In this document: positions 1 to 8,322 of the stretch, piece by piece | Numbering within the stretch: position 1 is the first letter of the stretch | How the letters are laid out: each line of letters opens with the position of its first letter | NCBI GenBank assembly: GCA_945874535.1 | Contig: CAMCGZ010000005.1 | Location: forward strand, 29,276-93,275 | Source: Bdellovibrio sp. ZAP7 | GTDB taxonomy: Bacteria > Bdellovibrionota > UBA1018 > CAIMNF01 | DNA length: 64,000 bases | Reading direction: 5' to 3' | The notes under the pieces: model-generated | Seen by the model: only the letters and a program-made list of their open reading frames with translations | Databases searched by the model: none | What the model was told of the DNA's origin: nothing | Translations under genes and position numbers: made by a program

Positions 1-636
1 ATCGTGGTCGGTTTCGCGCGACTCGGCGGTCAGTCGGTCGGCATTGTCGGCAATCAGCCGGCCCATCTTGCCGGGTGCCTCGATATCGCAGCCTCATCCA
101 AGGCGGCTCGTTTTGTCCGCTTCTGTGATGCTTTCAATATTCCGATCGTGACTTTCGTCGATGTCCCCGGATTCCTTCCCGGTACCGCGCAGGAGTACGG
201 CGGGATCATCCGTCACGGAGCCAAGCTCCTCTATGCGTTTGCGGAAGCCACAGTCCCGAAGTTGACCGTGATCACCCGCAAGGCATACGGTGGGGCCTAT
301 GACGTGATGGCGTCCAAACACATTCGCGCCGATCTCAATCTGGCTTTTCCGGATGCCGAGATCGCAGTGATGGGTCCCGAGGGAGCGATCAACATTCTTT
401 ACCGGAAAGAGATCCTGGAGGCGGAATCCAAGGGTACCCTCGAGTCCACCCGTGCGGGACTCGTTGCCCACTACAAAGAGACCTTCGCCAATCCCTACAA
501 GGCGGCGGAACTCGGCTACCTCGACGAAGTGATCGAGCCCGAGCTCACTCGGACCCGGTTGATTCAAGGCCTTTCCTTGTTGGCGGGCAAAAGGGAAGCC
601 GGCCCCAAGCGTAAACACGGCAACATTCCGCTCTGA
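1..636 (+). CDS. pccB: Acyl-CoA (propionyl-CoA-type) carboxylase carboxyltransferase beta subunit, C-terminal part; 5' end cut by window edge
   Basis: Reading frame open to base 1. Carboxyltransferase hallmarks are present: [30 protein letters not shown] biotin carboxylase gene follows 13 nt downstream. Confidence 0.9.
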   Translation: MVVGFARLGGQSVGIVGNQPAHLAGCLDIAASSKAARFVRFCDAFNIPIVTFVDVPGFLPGTAQEYGGIIRHGAKLLYAFAEATVPKLTVITRKAYGGAYDVMASKHIRADLNLAFPDAEIAVMGPEGAINILYRKEILEAESKGTLESTRAGLVAHYKETFANPYKAAELGYLDEVIEPELTRTRLIQGLSLLAGKREAGPKRKHGNIPL

Positions 637-649
637 TCGGGAGGCAAAG

Positions 650-2197
650 ATGAAGTTCCAGGTAAAACCCAGGGATCCTGTTCTGATCGCGAACCGCGGA
701 GAGATCGCCATCCGGATCGCCCGAACCGCACGCATGCTCGGGTTTCCGACTGTCGCGGTGTATTCCGAGGCCGACCGGTTTTCCGAGCATGTGAAGGCCT
801 GCGACCGGGCGGAGTTCATCGGAGCTCCCGAGCCGAAATCGAGTTACCTTGTAGCCGAGAAAATCATCGCAGCCGCCAAGAAACACGGAGCGAAATACAT
901 CCATCCGGGTTACGGATTCCTCTCCGAGAGACCCCATTTTGTCGAGGCCGTCGAGGCTGCCGGTCTCGTATTTGTCGGCCCGTCCGCCGAGTGCATGCGC
1001 GTGATGGGCGACAAGATCGAAGCCCGTAGAACCGTGGACCGTTTGGGAGTACCCCGGGTACCGGGCAGTCCGGGAGCGGTGAAGAACGCCGAGGAGGCAC
1101 TCGCCTTCGCCGAAAAAGTGAAGTTTCCCGTGCTGCTTAAAGCCGCAGCCGGCGGTGGAGGCAAGGGCATGCGCCGGGTTGACGGAGCGTCCGAGCTGAT
1201 GGCGGCATTCGAGTCCGCTTCGCGTGAGGCCTTGAGCGCTTTCGGCGATGGCTCGATGTATGTCGAGAAATACATCCTCGAGCCGCACCACGTGGAGATC
1301 CAGGTGTTCGGTGACGGTAAAGGTGGCGGAATCCACCTGGGGGAACGCGAGTGTTCCATTCAGCGCCGACACCAGAAGGTCTGGGAGGAATCCCCAGCGC
1401 CGATTCTGGAAATCCACCCTGAAACACGAGCGAAGATGTTCGAATGTGCCGTCCGGATCACCCGCGAAATTCGCTATGCGGGTGCGGGAACTTTTGAATT
1501 CATTGTGGACGGTGAAGGGGAGTTCTACTTCCTGGAGATGAACACCCGCCTTCAAGTGGAACACCCGGTGACCGAGTGGGTGACCGGGCTGGATCTGGTC
1601 GGGATGCAATTGTTGCTCGCATCCGGTGAGCTCGAGCTTCCGAAGCAAGACGCGATTACCCGGAACGGATCTGCGATCGAAGTACGGATTTATGCCGAGG
1701 ACCCCGAGACTTTTCTTCCGGCACCCGGAAAAATGGGCAGGATTGTGCAACCCAATGGACCTTTTCTCAGATGGGACTCGGCATTCGAGACCCACGGTGA
1801 GGTCTCCATGTTTTATGATCCGATGATCGCCAAACTCTCTGTTTGGGGCCGGAATCGGGACGAAGCCGTAGCCCGGATGAGGGTGGCTCTCGATGAGTTG
1901 TCGATCGAGGCGCCGAAGAGCCCCTCGGGTGAGCTCAAGGGTTCTCTCAGGACCAATGTCACTTTTCTTCAACGTCTGGCCCGGTGTGCGGATGTGGTCG
2001 CAGGTCGGACCACCACTGACCTGATTCCGCGGAACCCGGATCTGACCCGTCCTCAAGAGGACGTGGAAACCGATTTGGATACCGGTCTGGCGCTTGCTCT
2101 TTTGCGGCTGACCGAAGGGGGCGATTCGGTTGAACCGACTTCGGGTGAAGGTTCGGGGGCCTGGAATATGCGGGCCAAGTGGGAGGCGCTCAGATGA
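650..2197 (+). CDS. Biotin carboxylase subunit of an acyl-CoA carboxylase (BC domain with C-terminal extension, no biotinyl domain)
   Basis: 515-aa ORF with ATP-grasp/biotin carboxylase motifs: ANRGEIAIRI, KAAAGGGGKGMR, EMNTRLQVEHPVTE. Confidence 0.92.
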   Translation: MKFQVKPRDPVLIANRGEIAIRIARTARMLGFPTVAVYSEADRFSEHVKACDRAEFIGAPEPKSSYLVAEKIIAAAKKHGAKYIHPGYGFLSERPHFVEAVEAAGLVFVGPSAECMRVMGDKIEARRTVDRLGVPRVPGSPGAVKNAEEALAFAEKVKFPVLLKAAAGGGGKGMRRVDGASELMAAFESASREALSAFGDGSMYVEKYILEPHHVEIQVFGDGKGGGIHLGERECSIQRRHQKVWEESPAPILEIHPETRAKMFECAVRITREIRYAGAGTFEFIVDGEGEFYFLEMNTRLQVEHPVTEWVTGLDLVGMQLLLASGELELPKQDAITRNGSAIEVRIYAEDPETFLPAPGKMGRIVQPNGPFLRWDSAFETHGEVSMFYDPMIAKLSVWGRNRDEAVARMRVALDELSIEAPKSPSGELKGSLRTNVTFLQRLARCADVVAGRTTTDLIPRNPDLTRPQEDVETDLDTGLALALLRLTEGGDSVEPTSGEGSGAWNMRAKWEALR

Positions 2198-2715
2198 TCA
2201 AGGGACGCGTCGGCAATTTGAATTTGGAGTTTCTCGGAAGTCCGACCGGGCGTTCTGGCGAGGCGGAGCTCCGCCTCGGCAACGGGTCCGTGGAGCGGGT
2301 CTCGTGGGTGCGAGATGATCAGGGGATCTGGATCGAGACCGCGCGTGGTTGTTTCGGATTTGATGTCCGGAAGACTCCCCAGGAAGACGGTCCGCCCAGG
2401 TATGAAGTTCTCAATCGACGGAGAGCCCGGGTCGTGTCGGGTCTTGCTTTCTTGCGCACTGGAGAATCCGTCGATGCGGCCAGCGGCCAGAAAAAGAAGA
2501 AAGGCGCTCGCCTCAAGTCCCAGATGCCGGGTAAAATCGTGCGGGTTCTGGTCAAGGCCGGTGAGACGGTGAAGAAGGGGCAATCCTTGCTGGTCATGGA
2601 AGCCATGAAAATGGAGAACGAGATCAAATCACCCCAAGATGGTGCCGTCCGTGAAGTCCGTGTGACCGAAGGGCAAGCGGTGGAAACCGGCGCCGAGTTG
2701 CTCAGCTTCGTTTGA
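2194..2715 (+). CDS. Biotin carboxyl carrier protein (separate biotinyl-domain subunit)
   Basis: C-terminal biotinylation motif EAMKMENEI. The ATG at 2194 overlaps the upstream TGA (ATGA) and is preceded by GGGAGG at 2181-2186. The track ORF begins 15 nt earlier, at 2179. Confidence 0.85.
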   Translation: MIKGRVGNLNLEFLGSPTGRSGEAELRLGNGSVERVSWVRDDQGIWIETARGCFGFDVRKTPQEDGPPRYEVLNRRRARVVSGLAFLRTGESVDAASGQKKKKGARLKSQMPGKIVRVLVKAGETVKKGQSLLVMEAMKMENEIKSPQDGAVREVRVTEGQAVETGAELLSFV

Positions 2716-3358
2716 GATCCTGATTGAGAATATCCCGATTTTCAACGATCTGAAATCCGGTTTGAGAATCGAAGATTTTTGAAATCATGAAGCGGGCGAG
2801 GGTGTCGACCGGCATTCCACGGTAACCGAGAATCGGTAGCAACCACTGGCTCAATCGTTCGGCCGGTCGGAGTTCCTCGCGCTCTCCGAGCAGAAGTCCC
2901 GGTCTCAGAATGCTGGTTGCCGCTATCCCCAGCTTCTGAAGCCCTTCTTCCATTTCTCCTTTTGTCCGGAGATAGAAGCTCAAGGAACGGGAATCGGCGC
3001 CCGCACTCGAGACGACGATCAATCTGCTGATCCCTCGATCTTTGGTCCATTGCCCCAGATCCTGAACCGCATCCCGGTCGATGTCCCGAAAAGCCTCCCG
3101 GGTTCCCGCCTTCTTGATCGTGGTTCCCAAACAGCAGAGAACGGCGTCGAAAGGAATCGATGGAAGATGCTGGAACCTCGGTGCCTGACTCTGCCAAGGA
3201 TGAGGATGGAGTTTCGGGTGTAGGTTCCTCGGGGGTCCCCGAAGGGGGGTGTGCACTTCCTTCACCCGCTCATCGGTTAGTAAAAGGCGGAGCACAGCCT
3301 GTCCGGTGAGACCGCTCGCACCCGCCAACAGGATTCGGAAATCACCGATCGAGGACAT
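2702..3358 (-). CDS. NAD(P)-binding Rossmann-fold protein (atypical SDR / NmrA-like)
   Basis: N-terminal glycine-rich motif ILLAGASGLTGQ. Start placed at the internal ATG (MSSIGDF...), because the track ORF's extension up to 3451 has no signal and overlaps the preceding gene. Confidence 0.65.
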   Translation of the reverse strand: MSSIGDFRILLAGASGLTGQAVLRLLLTDERVKEVHTPLRGPPRNLHPKLHPHPWQSQAPRFQHLPSIPFDAVLCCLGTTIKKAGTREAFRDIDRDAVQDLGQWTKDRGISRLIVVSSAGADSRSLSFYLRTKGEMEEGLQKLGIAATSILRPGLLLGEREELRPAERLSQWLLPILGYRGMPVDTLARFMISKIFDSQTGFQIVENRDILNQDLKRS

Positions 3359-4205
3359 CGCTGTTATGGATCGGGATACCCAGGTTTTTCGGATGGATTC
3401 GACATGGATCGGCCGGGTGGCAGAGCGCGTGTCGGGCTTGTTCCGCTGCATTCTTCATCAAATCTCCGGTCGCCATCGAGGGCAAGTATCCCCCCCATCG
3501 AATGTTCGAAACACAACCTGTGCTGGCCCGGCTGTCTGGATTGATCGGCCATCCTCCTGAACCGAACCAAGTCCCCGCACGGGTCTGGAAGTAGTAGTCG
3601 CATGCGCATTGCGGACATTGGGGGCGCGAGCCACTCAGTTTACAGGCCCCGATGCCTTCCTTCATCAACAGATGGGTCAAATCTGCGTCTGAGAGAGCCA
3701 GTGATTGATCCCGGATGCGACGGTACTCGGATTCAGCTCCATCGGTTGATGGGAACGGGGACTCCCATCCCGCGTTACCGAAAAAACGGGCACAAGCTTG
3801 CGAGGTACCTGCCGGTCGTGGCGCCGGTGGGACAGGTGACGGAGTGGCAATCACCACTGGAATCACTGGAGCCACGGGAACCGGATTGGGCTTCGGAGCC
3901 ATGTTCTTACAGGGCTTGCTTGGGTCGTCCCGGTCCTGATCGTTGCAGCCCATGTCCCGGATGCCGCGGTCTTCTGAGCCCTTGGGGTCACTCGAGGCCG
4001 GATTCCGCGGAGCTGCCGGAGAAGCAAAAGGCTTTGCCGCGGGTGGCATAGCAGCGACTGCGGCAACCGGGCTGCTTTTTTGCACGGTCGCTTTTCCCCG
4101 CTTCATTGACATCCCGTGAGAATCGATAGACAGAAACGCCAGAACAAATCCGATGATCATCCCCATAGCCCCGTACCTTCCCCTCTGAGGGATAGGATAA
4201 GGCAT
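3342..4205 (-). CDS. Hypothetical membrane-anchored protein with Pro-rich linker and Cys-rich C-terminal domain
   Basis: The N-terminal hydrophobic segment MGMIIGFVLAFLSI is followed by a Pro/Ala-rich stretch and a C-terminal region with multiple Cys (CPQCACDYY). Start is uncertain; internal ATGs at 4166/4160 follow a GAGGGGAAGG SD-like run. No family recognised. Confidence 0.45.
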   Translation of the reverse strand: MPYPIPQRGRYGAMGMIIGFVLAFLSIDSHGMSMKRGKATVQKSSPVAAVAAMPPAAKPFASPAAPRNPASSDPKGSEDRGIRDMGCNDQDRDDPSKPCKNMAPKPNPVPVAPVIPVVIATPSPVPPAPRPAGTSQACARFFGNAGWESPFPSTDGAESEYRRIRDQSLALSDADLTHLLMKEGIGACKLSGSRPQCPQCACDYYFQTRAGTWFGSGGWPINPDSRASTGCVSNIRWGGYLPSMATGDLMKNAAEQARHALCHPADPCRIHPKNLGIPIHNSDVLDR

Positions 4206-4281
4206 CTCGATCCGATTCGGGAGGATGGACTGGATCGGACTTTGGAATCTACGGTGGTCATTGAGCGGGATTCTTTTTATA

Positions 4282-4310
4282 TTGATATTTTATGTAATAA
4301 ATATTAGAAT
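4282..4310 (+). promoter_or_regulatory. Sigma-70-like promoter candidate TTGATA-N17-TAGAAT, 10 nt upstream of ATG 4321 (predicts near-leaderless mRNA)
   Basis: TTGATA at 4282-4287 and TAGAAT at 4305-4310, in the only AT-rich patch of this intergenic region. No SD lies between the -10 and the ATG. Confidence 0.5.
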
Positions 4311-4320
4311 CCGCCAACCG

Positions 4321-4713
4321 ATGAAAAACAAAACTTTTGCTCTTCTGGTTCTTGCATCCCTTTCTTTTTCGGCAGCTGAAGCTAACGCTTATCGCTTGCA
4401 GTGCTCGGGCACGGAGCCGTTCTGGGGAATCCAGGTCGAAGACCAGCACATTGCCATGAGTCTCGATGGAGAGAAGAGCATCAACTATTTCGGCGTCCGG
4501 ACCCGTGAAGCCGCAGGGATGGCAGCAGGGTATTCCTTCAAAATCGAAGCCTCCCGTGGTAGAGGGGCTCAGAAGGTATCGCTGTCCATTCTACGCGACT
4601 CGGCGGATCAGTGCAGTGACGGGATGAGTGATCGCCAGTATCCCTATCACGTACAAGCAGATGTGAACGGGATGATTCTCTCGGGATGTTGCTCGATCAG
4701 CGATTCGAAGTGA
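4321..4713 (+). CDS. Small exported protein of unknown function
   Basis: Start chosen at MKNKTFALLVLASLSFSAAEANA, a textbook signal peptide with AXA site. Mature part has conserved-looking Cys (QCSG..., QCSDGMSD, SGCCS). The track ORF starts at 4225, upstream of the predicted promoter. Confidence 0.6.
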   Translation: MKNKTFALLVLASLSFSAAEANAYRLQCSGTEPFWGIQVEDQHIAMSLDGEKSINYFGVRTREAAGMAAGYSFKIEASRGRGAQKVSLSILRDSADQCSDGMSDRQYPYHVQADVNGMILSGCCSISDSK

Positions 4714-5617
4714 ATGCCGGGATCTGGCGGTTTCCTTTTTTTCCCGGGTGGAGTTCCCACTGATGAGCGCAGTTTTTTGAACAAGTGACCGATTTGCACG
4801 GGAGGTGGGAACACTCTGGGCAAATGGTCATGGGATGATCACAGCGGGCGCACTCGATTTGAACGTCTGCCGGTTGCCCACAGTGGGGGCAAAGCGTGTA
4901 GCGCTCCGAGGGTTTCAATTCCTGGTCGACGGCTACGCGTTGGTCGAAGACGAAGCACTCTCCGTCGAAGTTTTCGTTGGGATGCTGTTCAAGGTAATTG
5001 AGAATCCCTCCCTCCAATTGGAAAACGTTCGTGTATCCGCTTTGCTCGAGATCGAGAATCCCTTTCTCACAGCGGATTCCGCCGGTGCAGAAAATCAGCA
5101 TCTTCCGGTCTTTTTTAATTCCCTGATTTTCGATGTAAGTCGGAAAGTCGGTGAACTTCTCGATGTTCGGATTCAGAGCCCCCCGGAAAGTTCCGATCCG
5201 GTACTCATACCAGTTCCGGGTGTCGATCAGGACTGCGTCGGGCTCTTCCTCCATGACACGGTTCCATTCGTCAGGAGTGAGGTGGCGGTTCTTTCCGGCG
5301 GGGGGCATGACTCCCGGAATCCCGGTGGTGCAGATCTCTTCACGGACCTTGACCTTGTAGCGACGGAACGGCGGTTGCTCGCTCTTGGCATCCTTGAAGC
5401 GGATCCCGGGGCAATGGAAGCGATCGATGATCCACTCTTTGAAGCGCTCGAGATTCTCCTGGGAGGGGGAGGAACAGGTGGTATTGATTCCCTCCGGCCC
5501 GAGAATCAAGAGACCGTGGATCTCGAGCTCGCGCGCACGGGATTCGATTTCGGATTTGAGGGACTCCAGCCCGGTGAGGGGCATGAAATGGTAAAAGGCG
5601 GAAACGTAATGAGTCAT
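4697..5617 (-). CDS. trhO: Rhodanese-domain tRNA uridine(34) hydroxylase (UPF0176/YceA family)
   Basis: N-terminal YHF segment, rhodanese active-site loop FCTGGIRCEKG, and a C-terminal Cys-rich tail (CPHCGQP...CARCDHP...CPEC). Confidence 0.8.
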   Translation of the reverse strand: MTHYVSAFYHFMPLTGLESLKSEIESRARELEIHGLLILGPEGINTTCSSPSQENLERFKEWIIDRFHCPGIRFKDAKSEQPPFRRYKVKVREEICTTGIPGVMPPAGKNRHLTPDEWNRVMEEEPDAVLIDTRNWYEYRIGTFRGALNPNIEKFTDFPTYIENQGIKKDRKMLIFCTGGIRCEKGILDLEQSGYTNVFQLEGGILNYLEQHPNENFDGECFVFDQRVAVDQELKPSERYTLCPHCGQPADVQIECARCDHPMTICPECSHLPCKSVTCSKNCAHQWELHPGKKGNRQIPAFTSNR

Positions 5618-5769
5618 GGATCACTCCTCTCCGGGCTCCAAACCCGGTGGTGGTTTTCGAACTCGGGAATATGCCGGAGAATGGCGCGCTGATCCAGTGG
5701 ATTTAGTGACCGACCGAATCGGTCAACCTTAAAGCGCTTCAGTCTTCCGTCCGGTTTCCGAAACGAAAA

Positions 5770-6198
5770 ATGATGAAGATCTCATGGGTGTTGGGTTTGA
5801 GTCTCTTGGGTGCCACTGCGAATGCTGTGCAAGTCGATGTGAAATCCTGCTTGAGGCAGGCGCTGTCGAAGGAGCATCCCCTGTATCAAGTTCCGGAATT
5901 CGAGGGCAAGGACGGGTATTCCCGCTACCTGGTCCTGATTTGTAACGGAACTGCTGCAAAAGATCTTTATTCTGCGATCAAGGATTCGGCTGCTCCGGGC
6001 GAATGGGGCGGAAGGACCCGTGGAGAGGTGAAGTTTTTCGGAGAGAGTGGCGGGGATTCCGCCTGTTATCACATCACTCGGAATCAGGAGGGTGATGCGG
6101 TCAGCGAGTACAATTGCTCGATTCGACTGAACATCGCCAGTCGATTGCTCGGCAAGACCCAGACCGGTGAAATGACATCCTTCAGAGTGAAGGAGTGA
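5770..6198 (+). CDS. Small secreted protein of unknown function
   Basis: Signal peptide MMKISWVLGLSLLGATANA and 4 Cys in the mature part. No family recognised. Confidence 0.5.
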   Translation: MMKISWVLGLSLLGATANAVQVDVKSCLRQALSKEHPLYQVPEFEGKDGYSRYLVLICNGTAAKDLYSAIKDSAAPGEWGGRTRGEVKFFGESGGDSACYHITRNQEGDAVSEYNCSIRLNIASRLLGKTQTGEMTSFRVKE

Positions 6199-7390
6199 GG
6201 CGGACTTTTTTCCGCATTTTCACTTGCCCGGTGACGTCCCTGGCTTGAAGCTCCCAGTGGCCTCCGGATCTTTCTAGAACCGTGAATCCGAAACCGGGGA
6301 TCAGCGTCGACTCCTTCAAGCGAGTTCCGTCGATTTCCGTTCCAGTCGGAGTTTGGCGGGGATTCTTGATCAGCTCCGTGCCGCTGTTTCCGACCACGAC
6401 TTGCGTGGCCCTTCCGTCTTCAAAGGCGGAAAGGTAAAACAGGTGCCAATGACCCGAAAAAACCAATTTCGCACCCGGAACCGGACCTAAATGTTCCGAT
6501 GTCTCCTCGCCCCAGAGCGGCCTGTGGCTCAAGAGGACGTCCGAAGAGAGCTTCAGGGGTTTCAGTGCCCGAATGCGTTCCGGACGGACCGCTTTCAAAG
6601 AAGTGTCGAGAACGGCGAAGCGGATGGATGGAAAGGTGACCAGAAAGGGTTCGGGCTCTTCGATGCAAACCGGATTGAACGGGCCCGGATCCAACAATCT
6701 GAAAAATCCCTCTCCAGCGCGGGTGCAAGATTCGTGGTTCCCTCTGACAAAAATCCAAGGGGCCCGCGTCAGTAGCGCTCGGGCCGGGCTGAAGAAGTCC
6801 GCATTCCATGAAGCGAAGGTATCGCCGGAAGGAAAGGACTCACAACCTTTAGCTCCCCCCGGGCATGCCGATTCCCGGTACAGGTAATCGCCCGTATGGA
6901 TGACCAGGTCCGGGTTCAAAAGGGCCGCCGCCTCCGAGATCTTCCTGAACGGCCAGGCCTCGGGGTTCGAGCAATTCTGGATCCAGTCAGGAGTTCCTTT
7001 TTTTGTTTTCACTCGGCAACCGGTGTCTCCGATGATCACGATTCTCACAGGATCCGCCTTCGGCAAGACCAGGCTCTGCCCGTTGATCTCCGCACTCCGG
7101 GTGGACCGATCGAGAAGAGTTTCACAGATCCGGATCTCGAACTCGGGACGGTCGTCATGACCGATTCTCGCTTGGAGGGGAATCTCTTTGGATTCGGTTT
7201 TCAACACCGGGCAAGAGGCCTCTCGAGTCAGGTGCCTGACCACGACCGAACCATTCGGACCGAGCGTGACCCAGCTCAGTGGAAGCCCGGTCTCCGTCTC
7301 CGCGGAATGAAGGATGCTCGAACAGGATGCCACTAGCCAAAAAAGAGGTAACAGTCGAAGGGTGCTGTACATTCGGAAGTTTCGAGTCAT
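6182..7390 (-). CDS. Exported (lipoprotein-type signal) calcineurin-like metallophosphoesterase
   Basis: Metallophosphoesterase motifs IIGDTGC, HTGDYLY, VRGNHE, GHWH. Start placed at MTRNFRMYSTLRLLPLFWLVASCSS (lipobox-like LVASC), which forms an ATGA overlap with the upstream methyltransferase stop (7387-7390). Confidence 0.8.
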   Translation of the reverse strand: MTRNFRMYSTLRLLPLFWLVASCSSILHSAETETGLPLSWVTLGPNGSVVVRHLTREASCPVLKTESKEIPLQARIGHDDRPEFEIRICETLLDRSTRSAEINGQSLVLPKADPVRIVIIGDTGCRVKTKKGTPDWIQNCSNPEAWPFRKISEAAALLNPDLVIHTGDYLYRESACPGGAKGCESFPSGDTFASWNADFFSPARALLTRAPWIFVRGNHESCTRAGEGFFRLLDPGPFNPVCIEEPEPFLVTFPSIRFAVLDTSLKAVRPERIRALKPLKLSSDVLLSHRPLWGEETSEHLGPVPGAKLVFSGHWHLFYLSAFEDGRATQVVVGNSGTELIKNPRQTPTGTEIDGTRLKESTLIPGFGFTVLERSGGHWELQARDVTGQVKMRKKVRLTPSL

Positions 7391-8322
7391 CGTGAGTTTC
7401 TTTCTTTGAATACGCCACCCTCGAGACCCTGGATCGGATCTCCGGGCCGCGCCTGCAGCAGTCTTTTTTGTGCCACCAGGCAATAGTCCGGGTGACGCTC
7501 GATTCCTATGAAGTCCCGCTTGAGCTTCCGGCAAACCACAGCGGTCGTTCCGCTCCCCAGAAAGGGGTCGAGCACGAGCTGTCCTGTCTCGCTGCTAGCC
7601 AGAATCAATTTGGCCAGGAGTTTCTCGCTCTTCTGGGTCGGGTGATCGGTGTTCTCCGGCATGGACCAAAAGGGGATGGTGATGTCGTTCCAGAGGTTGG
7701 AAGGAGCGGTATCACGGAAGCTTCCCTCGGCACCTGATTTCCAGTCTTTCGGTGCACCGGCACCGTCACGGTAGGGGGCAATCACCTTTCGGCGGAGCCT
7801 GACCCGGTCCGGATGGAAAGTGTACCGGTCTGATACTGTGCAAAACCAGATGTCCTCACTGCAGTTCTTCCAGTTGCTCCGGGCACCACGGCCCTTTTCC
7901 CGTTCCCAGGTGATCCGGTTCCGGATACGCAAATGCTTCACTGCGATCGCGGGGATCGACACGGAAGTTTTCCAGTCCCCGCAAATGTAAACGGTCGCAG
8001 ATCGCTTCAGTTTCGGCATCAAGGCGCTGATCACCTGATCGAGGTAATTCCCGTAATCATCGATCGAACGTTCTTTGAAGTTCCATCCACCGAAGTTCTT
8101 GTCGAGATTGTAGGGCGGGTCGAGGAAAAGCAGATCGACCGATCGATCCGTGATTCCTTCCAGTGCGGTCTCGAAATCACCCAGCACAATCCGGTTCCGC
8201 TGAGAGCACTTCAGGCGCGATGAGGGGATCAGTGCTTTTTTTAGGCGCGGAATTTCATCGGAATCGACGAATAGCGTTCGATTCCGAGGTGCGCGGGTTT
8301 TCTGTTTTTCTTTCATTCCCAT
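7387..8322 (-). CDS. Beta-class N6-adenine/N4-cytosine DNA methyltransferase (CcrM/M.HinfI-like architecture), orphan
   Basis: Motif IV DPPYNL precedes the AdoMet motif LDPFLGSGTT (circular permutation typical of beta-class enzymes), and HPTQKSEKLL is also present. The alternative start ATG at 8316 makes an ATGA overlap with the guaA stop. Confidence 0.85.
   Translation of the reverse strand: MGMKEKQKTRAPRNRTLFVDSDEIPRLKKALIPSSRLKCSQRNRIVLGDFETALEGITDRSVDLLFLDPPYNLDKNFGGWNFKERSIDDYGNYLDQVISALMPKLKRSATVYICGDWKTSVSIPAIAVKHLRIRNRITWEREKGRGARSNWKNCSEDIWFCTVSDRYTFHPDRVRLRRKVIAPYRDGAGAPKDWKSGAEGSFRDTAPSNLWNDITIPFWSMPENTDHPTQKSEKLLAKLILASSETGQLVLDPFLGSGTTAVVCRKLKRDFIGIERHPDYCLVAQKRLLQARPGDPIQGLEGGVFKERNSR

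Noticed and set aside
545-2056. 503-aa minus-strand ORF covering the biotin carboxylase gene
   Set aside because: It is exactly antisense to a gene with unmistakable biotin carboxylase motifs. Its product is Arg/Gly/Pro/His-rich with no recognisable domain, which is typical of a shadow ORF in GC-rich DNA.
2179-2197. Apparent frameshift between the BC and BCCP reading frames (possible pseudogene or sequencing error)
   Set aside because: The junction has a proper SD (GGGAGG) and the ATGA start/stop overlap that recurs about ten more times in this window. I therefore treat it as a genuine split gene, kept as a low-interest finding to verify.
6182-7534. Long N-terminal extensions offered by the track for several genes: 7534 for the phosphoesterase, 3451, 4225, 11415, 15831, 16613, 18034, 40272, 53217 and 56342
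   Set aside because: In each case the extension overlaps the upstream gene, lacks an SD and is Arg/Pro/Gly-rich. An internal start, by contrast, gives a proper signal peptide or family N-terminus, often with an SD or ATGA coupling.
6182-8322. Methyltransferase + metallophosphoesterase as a restriction-modification or novel defence pair
   Set aside because: The phosphoesterase has a lipoprotein-type signal peptide (LVASC), so it should be exported and cannot act on intracellular DNA. No nuclease, helicase or specificity gene is adjacent.
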